The notes under the pieces are model-generated. The model saw nothing but the letters and a program-made list of their open reading frames with translations, did not search any database and was not told where the DNA came from. From Chiloscyllium plagiosum (taxonomy: Eukaryota): a DNA stretch of 64,000 nucleotides. Below, one piece after another: positions 38,096 to 50,124 of the stretch; position 1 is the first letter of the stretch; every line of letters begins with the position of its first letter. Made by a program: the position numbers and the translations under genes. The stretch lies in assembly GCF_004010195.1 (NCBI RefSeq), contig NC_057720.1, forward strand, positions 30,644,815-30,708,814. The letters run 5' to 3'.

Positions 38096-38554
38096 TGCTA
38101 GTTTTAAATTAACTCCAACAGAATAAATTAGATTTCCGGCAAAAATAAGGATTTCAGGTCAAGTCTTAAGGTAACATATCAGAAAAACAAAGACAGCAAT
38201 GTGAGCTGAAGAAATACAACATAATCTTTGAACTTTAAGATGCACTGTAGACAGAAATTGAGGGTTGAGGGCTGAACAACTTCAATTTAAAAAAACTGAA
38301 ACCTTAAATATGAAGAGAAACAATATAAAAAGACAAGGATTATGAATGAAATAACTGCAATTCTATTCTCTAGCTTTACAAAAATCAATGTTTGCAATAC
38401 AAATACTTGTTTTGAGGCAAACATGATGGCACTGACATTTTATAACATTTTTAAAAATGTATTCATAATTTGGAGATGCCGGTGTTGACTAGGGTGTACA
38501 AACTTAAAAATCACACCACACCAGGTTATAGTCCAACAGGTTTAATTGGAAGCA

Positions 38555-38589
38555 CACTAGCTTTCGGAGCGACGCTCCTTCATCAGGTC
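38555..38589 (-). ncRNA. Minimal hammerhead ribozyme motif in the PLE terminal repeat
   Basis: GAC-CUGAUGA-A-GGAGC-GUC-GCUCC-GAAA-GC-UA-GUG: both core boxes and a perfect 5-bp stem II. Confidence 0.75.
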
Positions 38590-38953
38590 ATAGTGGAGGG
38601 CTCAATCCTAACACAGAATTTATAGCAAAAATTTACAGTGTGATGTAACTGAAATTATACATTGAAAAATTGATTGACTGTTAAGCCTTTCATCTGTTAG
38701 AATACAGTGATAGTTTCATTTCTTTCATGTGTAAATCACAAAACCTTTTTTTTTAAGAAAGTTGCATTCTCAGGTTAGCTGTTAACAATGGTGGTAGCTA
38801 GACAATGTATTGGCCCCCTGTGTTCTCTGTCTATGCCATGATGTTTAGATTGATTCTAATCTAAAAAGTGAGATAACGGAATTCTACACAAATGCATGCA
38901 GTTTTTGAGCAAAGTACAATGTAACCCTGCAAGTACAAATTCACCACACAAAA

Positions 38954-39200
38954 TGTGTGTGTGCATGCGGGTCTTTGTCTGTCTGTGTGTCTGTCTGTCT
39001 GTCTGGGTTGAGGGTTGTGAGTGTGATAAAGTGTATGTGTGTGTGTATTGAGTGCAGAGTGTCTTAAGTCTGTGAGGGGGTGCATGTGTGAGTGTGGGAG
39101 TGTGTGTCTGTAAGGTGTGTGTGGGTGTCTGTGTGCATCCGTGTGTATGTGTGTATAGGAGTGCCTGTGTGTGTGTGTAGGAGTATCTGTGTGTGTGTAT
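38954..39200. repeat. Imperfect (TG)n/(TCTG)n microsatellite region inside the PLE 3' UTR
   Basis: Visible directly. Confidence 0.9.
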
Positions 39201-39210
39201 AGTGCAATGG

Positions 39211-39313
39211 NNNNNNNNNNNNNNNNNNNNNNNNNNNNNNNNNNNNNNNNNNNNNNNNNNNNNNNNNNNNNNNNNNNNNNNNNNNNNNNNNNNNNNNNNN
39301 NNNNNNNNNNNNN
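39211..39313. other. Assembly gap (103 N)
   Basis: Run of N. Confidence 1.
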
Positions 39314-40565
39314 TATAAGATAGAAAACGTTGGCTGAGTCACATGAGTACCTGCCAAGTACAAGGTGGGAGGTGTTCCCACGTGTAATGGTGGTATCTAT
39401 GTCCACACTCTGACACGTCTTGCAGCGTCTACCGTGACAGGTTTGTATGGAGTTGTCCTGAGAGCCGGGCAGCTTGTTACGAACAACGATCTGTTTGAGG
39501 TTTGGCGGTTGTTTAAAGGCAAGTAGTGGAGTTGTGGGGAAGGTCTTGGTGAGGTGCTCATCCTCATTGATAATGTGTTGCAGGTCTCGAAGAACATGGC
39601 GTAATTTTTCAGCTCCTGGGAAATACTGAACAACGAAGGTTACCCTGTCAGTTGCAGCACGTGTCTGTCTCCTGAGGTGGTCACTACGGTTCCTTGCTGT
39701 GGCACGTCAGAACTGGCAGTCGATGAGTTGAGCATCGTACCCCGTTCTTGTGAGGGCATCCTTGAGTACTTCCAGGTGTCCGTCACATTCCTCCTCATCT
39801 GAGCAGATCCGGTGTATGCATAGGGCTTGTCCATAGGGAATGGCTGTTTTAATATGTTTTGGGTGGAAACTGGAAAAGTATAGCATTGTGACGTTGTCTG
39901 TGGGTTTGCGGTAGAATGTGGTGTTGAGGTGTCCATACTTGATGGAGACGTATGTGTCCAAGAATGAGACAGATAGTCGAGAGTAGTCCATGGTGAGTTT
40001 GATGGTGGGATGAAAAATGTTGATGTCACTGTGTAGTTTTATCAGTGACTCCTCGCCATGGGTCCAGAGGAAGAAAATGTCGTCAATGTACCTGGTGTAC
40101 AATGTTGGTTGGAGATCCTGCATAGAGTAGTAGTCTTGGTCGAACCTGTGCATAAAAATGTTGGCATATTGGGGTGCAAATTTGGTCCCCATGGCTGTTC
40201 CGTGTGTCTGGATGAAGAACTGGTTGTCAAAGGTGAAGACGTTGTGGTCAAGGATAAAGCGGATGAGTTGTAGGATGGTGTTTGGAGATTGGCAGTTGTT
40301 GGTGTTGAGTACTGAGGCTGTTGCCGCGATGCTATCGTTGTGGGGGATGCTGGTGAAGAGTGCGGAAACATCAATTGTAACGAGGAATGTTCCCAGTTCA
40401 ACTGGTCTGTGGGTGCTGAGTTTCTGTAAGAAATCCATAGTGTCGTGACAGAAGCTGGAGATCCCCTGTACAATAGGTTTCAAGATGCCTTCCACATAGC
40501 TGGAGAGATTCTTACATAGGGTCCCATTGCCCGACACGATGGGACGTCCCGGTGTGTTGGCTTTG
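39314..40565 (-). pseudogene. PLE RT + GIY-YIG endonuclease reading frame with a single in-frame stop
   Basis: ORF 39707..40579 continues in the same frame past TGA at 39707-39709 (RATARN...CDSANVFYLI) until the N gap. Confidence 0.88.
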
Positions 40566-40927
40566 CTCAAAAACTGCATGCATTCATGTGGAACTCTGAG
40601 CTCAAAAACTGCATGAATTTATGTAAAATGCCATTATCTCACTTTTTAGATTAGAATCAATCTAAACATCATGGCATAGACAGAGAACACAGGGGGCCAA
40701 CACCTTCAACATATTGTCTAGCTATCACCATTGTTAACAGCTAACCCGAGAATACAACTTTTTAAAAAAAAGGTTTTGTGATTTACACATGAAAGAAATG
40801 AAACTATCACTGTATTCTAACAGATGAAAGGCTTAACAGTCAATCAATTTTTCAATGTATAATTTCAGTTACATCACACTGTAAATTTTTGCTATAAATT
40901 CTGTGTTAGGATTGAGCCCTCCACTAT

Positions 40928-40962
40928 CACCTGATGAAGGTGTGTCGTTCCGAAAGCTAGTG
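40928..40962 (+). ncRNA. Minimal hammerhead ribozyme motif in the inverted PLE terminal repeat
   Basis: CAC-CUGAUGA-A-GGUGU-GUC-GUUCC-GAAA-GC-UA-GUG: core intact, stem I CAC/GUG, weakened stem II. Confidence 0.68.
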
Positions 40963-41540
40963 TACTTCCAATTAAACCTGTTGGACTATAACCTGGTGTG
41001 GTGTGATTTTTAACTTAAAAATGTATGTTCATGTTCTCAGCTATGATACTTTATCTTAAATTTTCAAAAAAAAAACATTATTCCTTGTTTATGTAGTTTC
41101 CATCTCTATTGAGGAAATACTGCTTAATCAAGAAACCCATGACTGAGAAAGGTTTAATAGAAAGCTAAGGAAGGAAAAACAGGTGAATGAAATATACATT
41201 AGTGTTGCAATTTATTACTCATGCTGTAAAACCCTAGTGAAATACGAGATGGAGGTTTCATACTGGGAAGGAGAAAAGGCAGGTAATGGATGAGAACTAC
41301 AGCAATAATGTATGGAAGCTTTCATTTTTGGTCAGTGCTGCAATGTGCTGTATTGCAGATTGTAAACTGCCTGCTCCATTCCTTATGCTTACCACATCCT
41401 GACTAGTTTTTGGTTTCCTTCAAAGAGAAAAGTACAACAATAAAAAAAAATTAATATGCTTTGAGGTGACCAATCAAACATGTGCTAATATTTCATACTA
41501 TTAGGGAAGAAAAAGACAAGAGAGCAAGTATTTCACTGAC

Positions 41541-41685
41541 CTCAAACTCCTTTGTGAGTGCAGGGTCAAATTGATGATGCATTGATAGAAGTTCATTGGA
41601 GATAAGCTGAAGGTTACTCAAAGAGCTGTCTGCTAACATAACCAGCACCTCGTAAGCAGCAAGTCGACTATTGACTGTACTGCAC
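41541..41685 (-). CDS. USP24: USP24 exon: CSTVNSRLAAYEVLVMLADSS...PALTKEFE
   Basis: Hand translation; ttccag acceptor, gtcagt donor; 145 nt. Confidence 0.93.
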
Positions 41686-41751
41686 CTGGAAAATCAGAGG
41701 CAGAATGATGTTAACTTTTAGCATTCAAAATCTTCAGGTGAAATCTAGTCA

Positions 41752-41860
41752 AAAGACAGCAATGTGAGCTGAAGAAATACAACACAATCTTTGAACTTTA
41801 AGATGCACTGTAGACAGAAATTGAGGGTTGAGTGCTGAACAACTTCAATTTAAAAAAACT
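41752..41860 (+). repeat. 109-bp direct copy of 38189-38297
   Basis: Two mismatches in 109 bp by eye. Confidence 0.93.
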
Positions 41861-41961
41861 AGTCAAGATTTCACCTGAAGGTGGGACAACAGTTATGAAA
41901 TCAGTCAGAGCAAACTACCCAGTTATTGTAAGCACTAATAGAAAGAACTGAGCTTACATAC

Positions 41962-42079
41962 TTTGGATGAAAATCCTGTTGACTAACTGAGCAACTCCCA
42001 GCTGGACTGCTGCTGGTCAAGATGATTTTTGAAGCACGGAACAAGAAGTCTTCCATGAGCTGTTTGATTAATGATGGTC
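41962..42079 (-). CDS. USP24: USP24 exon: PSLIKQLMEDFLFRASK...SQQDFHP
   Basis: Within ORF 41901..42089; gcag acceptor, gtatgt donor; 118 nt. Confidence 0.93.
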
Positions 42080-42113
42080 CTGCACACAAAACATCAGTTT
42101 AGAGAGATCAAAA

Positions 42114-42433
42114 GGCAGTATGGTGGCTCAGTGGTTAGCACTGCTGCCTCACAGCACCAGGGACCTGGGTTTGAGTCCTGCCTCGGGCGACTGTCCGTGT
42201 GGAGTTTGCACATTCTCCCAGTGTCTGTGTGGGTTTCCTCCAGGTGCTCTGATTTCCTCCCACAATCCAAAGTTGTGCAGGTCAGGTGAATTGACCATGC
42301 TAAATTGCCCATAGTGTTAGGTCCATTAATCAGGGGTAAATATAGGATAGGGGAATGGGTCTGAGTGGGTTACTCTTCGGAGGGTCGGTGTGGACTTGTT
42401 GGGCCGAAGGACCTGTTTCCATGCTGTAGGGAA
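42114..42433 (+). mobile_element. tRNA-derived V-SINE
   Basis: A/B boxes, V-domain and tail; starts about 35 bp from an exon acceptor. Confidence 0.9.
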
Positions 42434-45400
42434 CTTAAAAAAGGTATTCCAAACTTGCCTCGTTGGCCCCAATGAAATAAAATTGTCTGATGAGGGTGAA
42501 ATAAAAAGTTGGAGGAGTTGTAATCAAATGGGTCATGTCGCATTGGAAACTAGTGATTTGAACATTGAGAACAATGAACAACCAACAGATATTCTAGTCT
42601 TCCAACTGACTGATGCAAAATATTTGTTCTGAAAATTACACAGAGTACAGATCCATGAAAGGGCAGGGGCGATGGATAAAATGTAGCTTTTCTTGTTTCA
42701 GGAGGTATTTGTTGGTTCAGTGAGCATAGAATTACAAAAGAAAATGTAGCTTTTACTTCCCAGGATTTGATTAAGAATCAGATGGAATTAGACATTTCTT
42801 TAGATGAGTTCTGGTTATTCTTCGTACTGACATGGAAGTAGACATCAGAAACGGTACTTTTGATTAAGAGTTACTGGAGTGCAATGACTAAAATTGCACC
42901 TCGTTAAATTTGTATCCTGGTTTATACGGTAAAATAAATTCTTAGTTATTTTTTAACATGCCTCTTTAAGAAGCTGGACATAAAGTGATGATCCATTAAG
43001 AACCTCTCCCTTGCAGTGAGGGACCAAATTATTAACTACACAATTTCAAAAGGGAGACGATAGTTTCAAATGTTAACTCAAATTCTCTCTCCACAGGTGC
43101 AGCTTTTATTTCAGACCTCCAGAATCTGCAGTATTTTGCTTTTATAATACAAATCATACCAATTCAATATACCCCAAAACTTGATTAAAGTTCAAGATCA
43201 GAAAGGTTGTATGCGATTGCAAAAACAAAGCTAAACAATCACAAAAGTAGTTTTGTGGTTGATGGTAGCATGAAGTTGTATTATTTGGGTAACCATTTGT
43301 TTCTCAGTCAAAGATAGTATAAATGCATACAATTCACTTCTTTGGTGCTGTTAATATGACAGTATTACAACACAGGGAAAGCAAGCCAAACTAAATCAGC
43401 TTCAGTATCACTGGATTTGTATAGTCAATTTAAAATATTCAATGACCCTCAACAATCACTCAATAGTTCCTAACCAGATTTTTCAGGAACATCACTGTTA
43501 GCCTTTTTTTCCCCTCATTTTTGGTTTTGAACTATGAACTGAACTTTGCACAAACCTTGAACTGAAATTGAGTGTTGAACTTTGGTCTTTGAGCAGCACC
43601 TTACTTTTTTTTAAAAAGGAAAGAACAGTTTGTTTACGGGAACGGGTCTGGCAAGTCAATTGTAGGTGGATTATTATTAAAAGAATACTGCAGATATTTT
43701 GGCACTTCAACTGTATTATGTTCAAGGAGCGACAGCTGCTTGGATGTTAAAAGGGTCAATTAAAGAGAGGCTGGTGCTTGCCACTCAAAAGTAAAATGCT
43801 GAAGAACGAGAATACATAAATTGAACTGGTTAAGACTGGGTTTTGAGCAGAAGGTAGCTTGCCTGTGAAAGCTGATAGATGGAGCTTTAGTTGTTCTGTA
43901 GTTATCCTCCCGCTACTGAATTATTGAAAGATGAGAAAAGGACCTCAGTGGAAGTTATAAGTACAAGTCTCCAGTAGTTCATGGAAATTGTTTGCATTGA
44001 CCAGTGTCTTTAGAATTCAAGCAAGTTGTACCGTCCCTGATGCTTGTGAACAGCTCATTACCCAAGGATTGCATGAAGGTTTATTAAATATCATTCAAAA
44101 CTGCTTAAGTGAATTGGCAAATTACAACTTTGCTTTTTTAAAATTTATCTCCTAACTGTGTGAGAGTGTGGGGCTATTATCAAAGAAGATAGGGTTTAAA
44201 TCATACGCATTAGATTACCTTGTTGTTTAACTCTGTGCTGCTAGATTTACAGTATTAATAATAAATTGTTGATTTATGTTTAAGCTATAAACAATATTGG
44301 TGTCAGTTATCTGTTATTCATGAAGTCTGGTCAGGAACAAACGAGCAATTTTGAAGTCACTGTATATTCGTAACTGTTACTTTGATAACTGTATGAATAC
44401 CAGGCCTTCATGAAATCCTTGGAAGATGGGTTTCTTTACAGGAATGCAAGACTGCATATTTTGCGTGAATTCGGAAGTCACCATTCAATGCAAACAACGT
44501 CTGCAGACCTCTGGAAACTTGTAATTATTTCATACAACTGGGAAACTCTTCTCAAAACATTAAATAACTGGAGAATAAATAGAGAGATTAAAATCAAACA
44601 AAACCAAACCCAGTCTAGCAGCTTTCAAAGTAAAATTGCTTCCTGCCCAAATCCCAGTCAGAGTCAGTTTTTTCTCCTTTCTTTTCCAACACACTAATTG
44701 TTTGCTAGCTGGCACAGGTCCTCCTTTGATTGATCTAACCAGCTGCCAGTGCCTGAGCATAACAACACCTTGGTACCGAATTGTGTATTTAGAATTGTCT
44801 ACAAGTAATTAACCTGCATCATCTTTCCAGGCCAATTTACAATAGCAAACATCAGTCTTTGGTTTTTTCCACATCTAAAAAAAAGAGCTGCTGTTCAAAG
44901 TTCAATTCTTGCCTGCAACTCAGTTCCAAAGCAAAATGAATAAAATAAAAGCAAAGTAGTGATGGTCTCAACAATAAAGAATGGAGGAAAATTGCAAAGG
45001 AAGTCAGACACACACAATGACAGTCAAGGTGAGGGTCTTGTTGCCTGATTCAAACGTATTTTCCTGGGAAGGCAACTGAGGGCCTCAGTTAATAAAAAGA
45101 GGACCAAGGGCTCAGTCCACAGCATTGCCACTACACAGATCAGGTGTTTAGAAAAGCAATTGGCAATTCTGGTACCAGAGACAGAATCATACAGAGATGT
45201 GGCAGGCATTATGGGGGAAGACTCCATCTGAGTTGTAGGCAATTGTATAGCCATGAAACTAATGCTTTTCTACTGTGACATTACTTATATAACTTGAATT
45301 TACCGTGGACAAAAAGACTTGTAAATTAATTGTACTGTTTATTTGGATATTGCTAAGTCTCAAAGGGATGGGAAGGCAAGATTTAAGCAATGTGACAGTT

Positions 45401-45552
45401 AGAAGGTGCAAAGTTTTTATTTGAGTTAAAATCACATTAATTATATCACCATCTCATGGCAAAGAACTACAGATTTTTTGTCATTTAAAAAAATGCAATA
45501 AAACATGAAAGAAGCTTCAGCTAATTGAGAAATCTCAAAGGTAATTGTGCAA

Positions 45553-45888
45553 GGTGGGACAGTGGCTCAGTGGTTAACACTGCTTCTACACAATGCCAGG
45601 GATCTGGGTTCAATTCCAGCCTTGGGCGACTGTGTGTAGAGTTTGCACATTCTCCATGTGTCAGCGTGGGTTTCCTCCGGGAATTCTGGTTGTCTCCCTG
45701 TGCAGATTAGGTGAATTGGTCATGCTAAATTGCCCATAGCATTCAGGGATGTGTAGGTTAGGTGCATTGGTCAGGGGTAAATGTAGAGTAATAAGGTAGC
45801 AGAATGGGTCTGGGTGGGTTAATCTTTGGAGAGTGGGTGTGGACTTGTTGGGCCAAATGGCCTGTTTCCACACTGTAGGGATTCTATG
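45553..45888 (+). mobile_element. tRNA-derived V-SINE
   Basis: A/B boxes, V-domain and tail. Confidence 0.88.
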
Positions 45889-46661
45889 AAGATTAATTCA
45901 CTCAAGGAACATTACAAATAGCTTTTTATTTTTGCCTATTTACATTAACTCCATTCATTTGCTGAGAATGTTTGCAATCCTTTACAAAGCATTCTGATCA
46001 AAATGGGTGCTTTCCTTAAAGACAATTCTCAGTTTATTTGCTTCTACAGTTCAAAATCATGCCACCTGATTCTAAGTACTGCAGATTCCATTCTGCAACC
46101 AAACACCAGGGATGACATGGGCCTGCCATCTGGTTAGCATCTTTATACAACTTCTGCTCTCTAGCTGACTGGGTTCAAATTATCTTGGTACACGAGCATG
46201 TACTTTAACCAATCATTTATTTCCAATTCCCACTCAATCGGCAATATCCATCACCAATGTTTTTGCCAATGTAAAATAAATATACTACAAGTGATAGTTT
46301 CCTCTAATTCTCTCTCAAGAAAAAACAAATTGAACCCATTACAGAGCTGGTCTCCATATTTTTGATGTCTAACATAGCTAGTATTTACTTGTGGAACAAA
46401 AGGTATGAAGTTTTACACCAACATCAATTTGATCAGTTATTTTAGGTTTCCTTATAAATTCTTCTTACACAAGATGATGTTAACGCATAAGGCAATGATC
46501 ACCAAAAGTAGGTCCATTATTAACAATGCTGGGGAGTGACTTCCATAAAATGTACAGACAGAAATCACAATTCTGCTAGTTTAATTCCTGAGAATTATGT
46601 GATGATGGATTCAATAATCTGATGCACATATTTAGTAATTGTAACAATAAATTTAAATTAC

Positions 46662-46853
46662 CAAGTAATTCCTTCTCTGGGCCGCTGAGTGACAGTAGTG
46701 TTTTGATAAGCCGCAGATGCCCTGCAAGCAGAACATTATCCGACTCACTAGTCTCTGATTCTGCAGTCCATGTGGGCTCAAAGTTGTCAAGCCAGTTAAC
46801 CTCATCTTCTAACATGGCCGCAGGGCTAATTTGAAGTTGCTCCATCTCTGAAG
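46662..46853 (-). CDS. USP24: USP24 exon: SEMEQLQISP...LSGPEKELL
   Basis: Within ORF 46576..46881; tttag acceptor, gtaatt donor; 192 nt. Confidence 0.94.
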
Positions 46854-47263
46854 CTAAAAGGAAGTAAGTGATTAATTTCAATATTAATGACTGCTGAAAA
46901 TTAGAAAAACTCTGACATTAAATTGAGGTTGCATAGCACTATTATTTCCACGATACATGCTCTAAACTTAACACAATAAACATCCTCTCTCTCCAATCTA
47001 TACAACACTCCTAAGTTTATTTTTTTTAAAAGGAGTTTTAGGAGTTAAAACTTTGTGCAAATTCAAATCACAAGCTGTATTCAATTCCAATGTAAACTGA
47101 CAATCTCATCCAAGGAAGTCAAAAAAACTTTCAAAACAAACAGAAAATTGACAATATTTAGAGTTAAAATACTCCAGATAGTAAAGAAGCTGAAGCAATC
47201 CCTGGATCAAAACTTGTGTTAACCCTGACTAAACTAGGTCTAATGCTGTTTAAGAGACAGTTT

Positions 47264-47448
47264 TGGATTGGGGTAGACAAGGTCAGAAGTCACATTGACA
47301 CCAGGTTCTCGTCCAACAGGTTTATTTGAAATGGTAAGCTTTCAGAGCATTGTCTCTTTGTCAGGTGAAGTGTCAATGCTCAGAAAGCTTTTGATTTCAA
47401 GTAAACCTATTGGGAGTATAACCTGATGTGTGACTTCTGATATTGTAC
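47264..47448. mobile_element. Short palindromic PLE derivative
   Basis: Inverted arms tcagaagtcac...aagctttc and gaaagctt...gtgacttctga; same family as the 37935 and 56716 copies. Confidence 0.75.
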
Positions 47449-48984
47449 AGACTGTGCATCCATTCCTCAGCATTATACCCCTTGTGTAGGCAGGACTGGA
47501 TCAGATAGCAATAACTAATGCAAAGCTATACCTTTCTAACAATTCTAATGATCACTTTTACTTATGGTTTTACCTTATCTCAAATGAAAAAGCATTGCTT
47601 AATTTAATTCTGGCTGAAACTGGTATGAATTGACAAACAGAGTTGAGTGTGGGTGCTGGAAATGCACAGCAGGTCAGGCAACATTCGAACAGCAGAGGAA
47701 CCGATATTTCTGGCATAAGCCCTTCATCAGGAAATAACAAACTATCACTTTACATATTTAGCTGAAATGTGTTTTGCTTGTTAAGTAACAAGGATAATGA
47801 AGTGCTAACGATAATGTTGTTTGAACTGGGAAACAAATATAAAATTTGTTGACACAAGGAGGCATCGGGACCAAATTTACAGGGAGAAATAGTTAGTGAA
47901 TGAAACAATAGATCAAGAGGGGGGAAATCATAAGAACATAAGAAATAAGAGTAGGCCAGTCAAGCACTCAAGCCAGTCCCGTCGTTCAAGAAGATCATCA
48001 TTGATCTGTCCCAGCTTCAATGCCTCTTTCATAGCAAGTCCTCATGGCTCTCAAATTTTCAGTTTTTGAAAAAACTACCTACTTCCTTTTTAAATACTCT
48101 CGGAGATCTAGAGTCCATAATTCTTTGGGATAGAGAATTCCAGACATTCACTACCTTCACAGAAGAAATTATCAAAGTAATTTCAGTTTTAAATGAATGC
48201 CCTCCTGTTCACAATCACCCTATTAGTGGAATCATCTCCTTAGAACCTGTAATAACTGGTTAGTCGTTCTCAATAAGTGAACCCCTTCATCCCAGGAATA
48301 AGGTTATTCCATCTCTTTCGAACTGACTCCAATATATCCCTTAATAAATTCAGGGATCAAAGCTGCACACAATGCTCCAATCCAGTATCAGTAATACTTT
48401 GTACAATTGTAACAAAATTTCCCCGTTTTCAAATTCCAACCTCTCACAATAAAAGTCAAAAACAGATTTGCTTTCTTACTTATTAATAATCTTCAGATAA
48501 AAAAAAGTTTCAATGGAAATCAGATATATCCTTATATAGCAAAATTGAGTGAAAATGCACGAGAGCAAAGGGACGACAAATTTGTACAAAGTTATGATAG
48601 ATTGCAATTAAAGCACAATAATTGTGTAATTCTGGCATTCCATTACAGATTAGGTATTAAAGCCATGCAGAGTATATAGTGCAGATCCCAGACTATCAGG
48701 CAAGCAGCTTTGGTTAAGAAGAGAGATCTGAGATACTATTATTTCCACTGGAAAACAGAATACTATGATATCCCATTGAAGGATTTAACAATAAAGGCAA
48801 TTTGGTAGGGAATTGGAGAAGGCCTATTTTCGCCAGGTGGTGGGTCAAAGACAAGGATCATTAACTTAGCATAGCAACAAAACGAGCAAGAAGAGGGGCT
48901 AGGATAAATTTTCCCATGTAAAACATTATTATCACACAATGATTTACCACAGGATGTTGTTCAGGCAAAACAAATTTACCTTCG

Positions 48985-50124
48985 GTTCTTGGTTTGCTTG
49001 CCAAGCTGGTGGGGGTTGCAGTCATGCAAAGATTGGAACACACAGCTCTTCCCTTGATCCAACCAAAGCTATGATCTGACACGTGGATGACACATTTGTC
49101 CTCATCAAATGCACAGTTAGAGGAAACACACACTCTCATCGACAACATATTCACTGGTATCAAATTCACCAGAGGCGAGGAGAATAACAATCAACTCCCA
49201 TTCCTCGACGTCATGGTACAATGAGTGACCAGTGAATTCCTAACCAAAGTTTATAGGAAGGCAACCCAGATGGACCAAATTCTTAATTACAACATCAATC
49301 ACCTCAACATCCACAAACAGAGCTGTGTCAGAACACTATTCAAATGAGCTACAACATACTGCAACACACCAGAACTATGCAAAAATGAGGAAGAACACCT
49401 ACATGAGGTCTTCACAAACAACAGATACCCCAACAGCTTTGTCTGCCCGATGTCAATTGGACAGACAATGCCAAGAGGTCACTGCATGCCCTACTACATT
49501 GATCAACCTACCCTACGTCAAGAACATATCAGAAATGACAACCAGACGAGTATGACTACTAGGAATCATGGTAGCACATTAACCCACATCCACACCATGC
49601 CAACTAGTCAAGGCCGAAAGACTCCATACCCACAACGTGCAGGACCAACGTAATACACAAAATCCCATGTAGCGACGTCCATAAACATTACATCGCTCAG
49701 ACCAGAAGAAAACTAACAATCCAGATACATAAACACCAACTGGCAGCAAAATGGCACGACCAATTCTGCCTCATCTTAATACACAGACAAGGAGAGCCAT
49801 CAATTTGACTGGGACAACGTCACTGTCCTAGGACAAGCTAACTAGAGATGCGCACGGAAATTCCTAGAGGCTTGGTTTTCAACCCAAAAAGCCATCAACA
49901 AACATGTAGAAATAGACCTCAGACACAAGCCACTGTACAGTAAAACCGGAAATGATGCCACCAACATTAATAGACCAGATCATAGAAATATCAAGCTTCA
50001 CTGAAGTCGCATGTTTAATGTTCCCTAACATGGTAACGAAATGTTTGCATGACAACCTATCATATTGGTGAGCAAATCAACAATAACCTTCACAACTCAA
50101 GGTAAAAATCTTCGCAAAAACCTT
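48985..50124 (+). mobile_element. Degenerate PLE (Poseidon-like): RT C-terminal half + GIY-YIG + 3' terminus
   Basis: HVDDTFV, LPFLDV and VYRKAT remnants; NVIHKIPC..HYIAQT; REFLEAW; short inverted piece at the 5' end. Confidence 0.85.

Larger units (their letters stand above)
38463..41014 (-). mobile_element. Penelope-like retroelement (Neptune type), 5'-truncated, with inverted terminal repeats
   Basis: RT motifs DVSALFTSI, GTAMG, RYIDD; CHGRRCKTC linker; start of GIY-YIG (CDSANVFYLI); inverted arms ~38501-38914 and 40561-41016; direct repeat ttaaaaatgtat at 38451-38462 and 41015-41026. Confidence 0.93.

Noticed and set aside
38861..39406. 181-aa His/Thr-rich ORF
   Set aside because: Reads through the N gap into a CA microsatellite; only the first ~31 residues are real PLE coding sequence
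43497..44764. Possible second solo LTR (tgtta...taaca, internal aataaa)
   Set aside because: Flanks tcac/acac do not match exactly and the boundaries could not be fixed
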